Source: a virus. From it: a DNA stretch of 64,000 bases. Position 1 is the stretch's first letter, and each line of letters starts with the position of its first letter. Location of the stretch: positions 19,412 to 83,411 of IMG/VR virus record IMGVR_UViG_3300047673_000158. One strand, 5' to 3'. Under the pieces are notes generated by a model. The model was given only the letters and a program-made list of their open reading frames with translations, had not been told where the DNA came from and ran no database searches. Positions 63,482 through 64,000 of the stretch are shown one piece after another. Made by a program: the position numbers and the translations under genes.

Positions 63482-64000
63482 CGGACGCGGTGCAGGAAGA
63501 CAGCCTGCTGCCCGTCAACGCGACGCAGGCAGAGCGCAATCTGGCGCTGGCCGTTTCGCGTATAAGCGCTGTTCCTGTGCCCCTGCGCTCGCTTTACAAC
63601 CCGGCAACGTGCCCGGCCGTGGCGCTGCCATGGCTCGCGTGGGCGTGGTCGGTTAGCGAGTGGGATAGCAACTGGCCCGAAGCCACGAAACGCGCCGTGA
63701 TAGCGGCCAGCGTGGCGGTCCACAAAATCAAAGGCACGCCAGCATCCATAAAGGCGGCGCTGGCTGCTGCGGGCTATCCGGGCGCTGAAGTGATCGAGGG
63801 TGCAGGTAGCTGGTATCTGGATGGCTCGCGAATGCTCAATGGCGCCGACTTCCTGGGCGACAGCGACGGCACGAAATGGGCCTGGTATCGCGTGCGGCTT
63901 GCCCAGCCGATTGCAAACAGTCAGGTGGCGCAGGTGAAACGGATTCTGGCTAACACCGCGCCAGCGCGCTGCTACTTGGAAGCGCTGGATTTCACCGCCG
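63478..64000 (+). CDS. Tail protein I (copy B, 3' truncated by window)
   Basis: Ortholog of 19903-20490. Confidence 0.9.
   Translation, partial: MTDAVQEDSLLPVNATQAERNLALAVSRISAVPVPLRSLYNPATCPAVALPWLAWAWSVSEWDSNWPEATKRAVIAASVAVHKIKGTPASIKAALAAAGYPGAEVIEGAGSWYLDGSRMLNGADFLGDSDGTKWAWYRVRLAQPIANSQVAQVKRILANTAPARCYLEALDFTA

Larger units (their letters stand above)
1..64000. mobile_element. Tandem, diverged copies of a ~44 kb cos-type myovirus genome (lambda-like head, P2-like tail), no integrase seen
   Basis: Colinear repetition of 1-~20430 at ~43772-64000 (offset 43771 at the primase end, 43950 at cosQ); complete structural, lysis and replication gene set between the two cos sites. Confidence 0.93.

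Noticed and set aside
43772-64000. Terminal redundancy or simple assembly overlap of one circular genome
   Set aside because: The repeat has many synonymous changes and different accessory genes, so it is a second genotype
1-64000. tRNA, rRNA, integrase, protelomerase
   Set aside because: No such signatures recognised by eye; tRNAscan-SE and HMM searches would be needed to exclude them fully

Overview
The whole window is phage DNA with no host genes. It holds about 1.5 head-to-tail copies of a ~44 kb cos-type myovirus genome: bases 1-~20430 recur, diverged, at ~43772-64000, and the cos-to-cos distance is 43,950 bp. Each unit has a lambda-like head (TerS/GpA terminase, portal, protease-capsid fusion), a P2-like contractile tail, a lysis cassette, a Mor-like activator, a RecE/Sak4-like/SSB recombination module, an SF2 helicase, a ParB-like protein, a C5-methylase-like protein, VRR-NUC, MazG-like and a TOPRIM-VirE primase. 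The layout resembles Jilinvirus-like phages and the host is probably Burkholderiaceae (both inference). I found no integrase, protelomerase or CI peptidase repressor in a full unit. The two copies differ in cos core, TerS, origin iterons and accessory cassettes. Main observations: (1) a 13-bp palindrome GAWAG-YSR-CTWTC scattered about 15-23 times per genome, like a stoperator or parS network; (2) four DnaA boxes around an NtrC-type palindrome, abutting cosQ/cosN with conserved spacing; (3) an Acb2-fold protein with the known ligand residues replaced; (4) a concerted iteron switch next to a tandem winged-helix gene; (5) separate early-operator and late-promoter motifs. Family assignments rest on motifs recognised by eye and on synteny, not on database searches.
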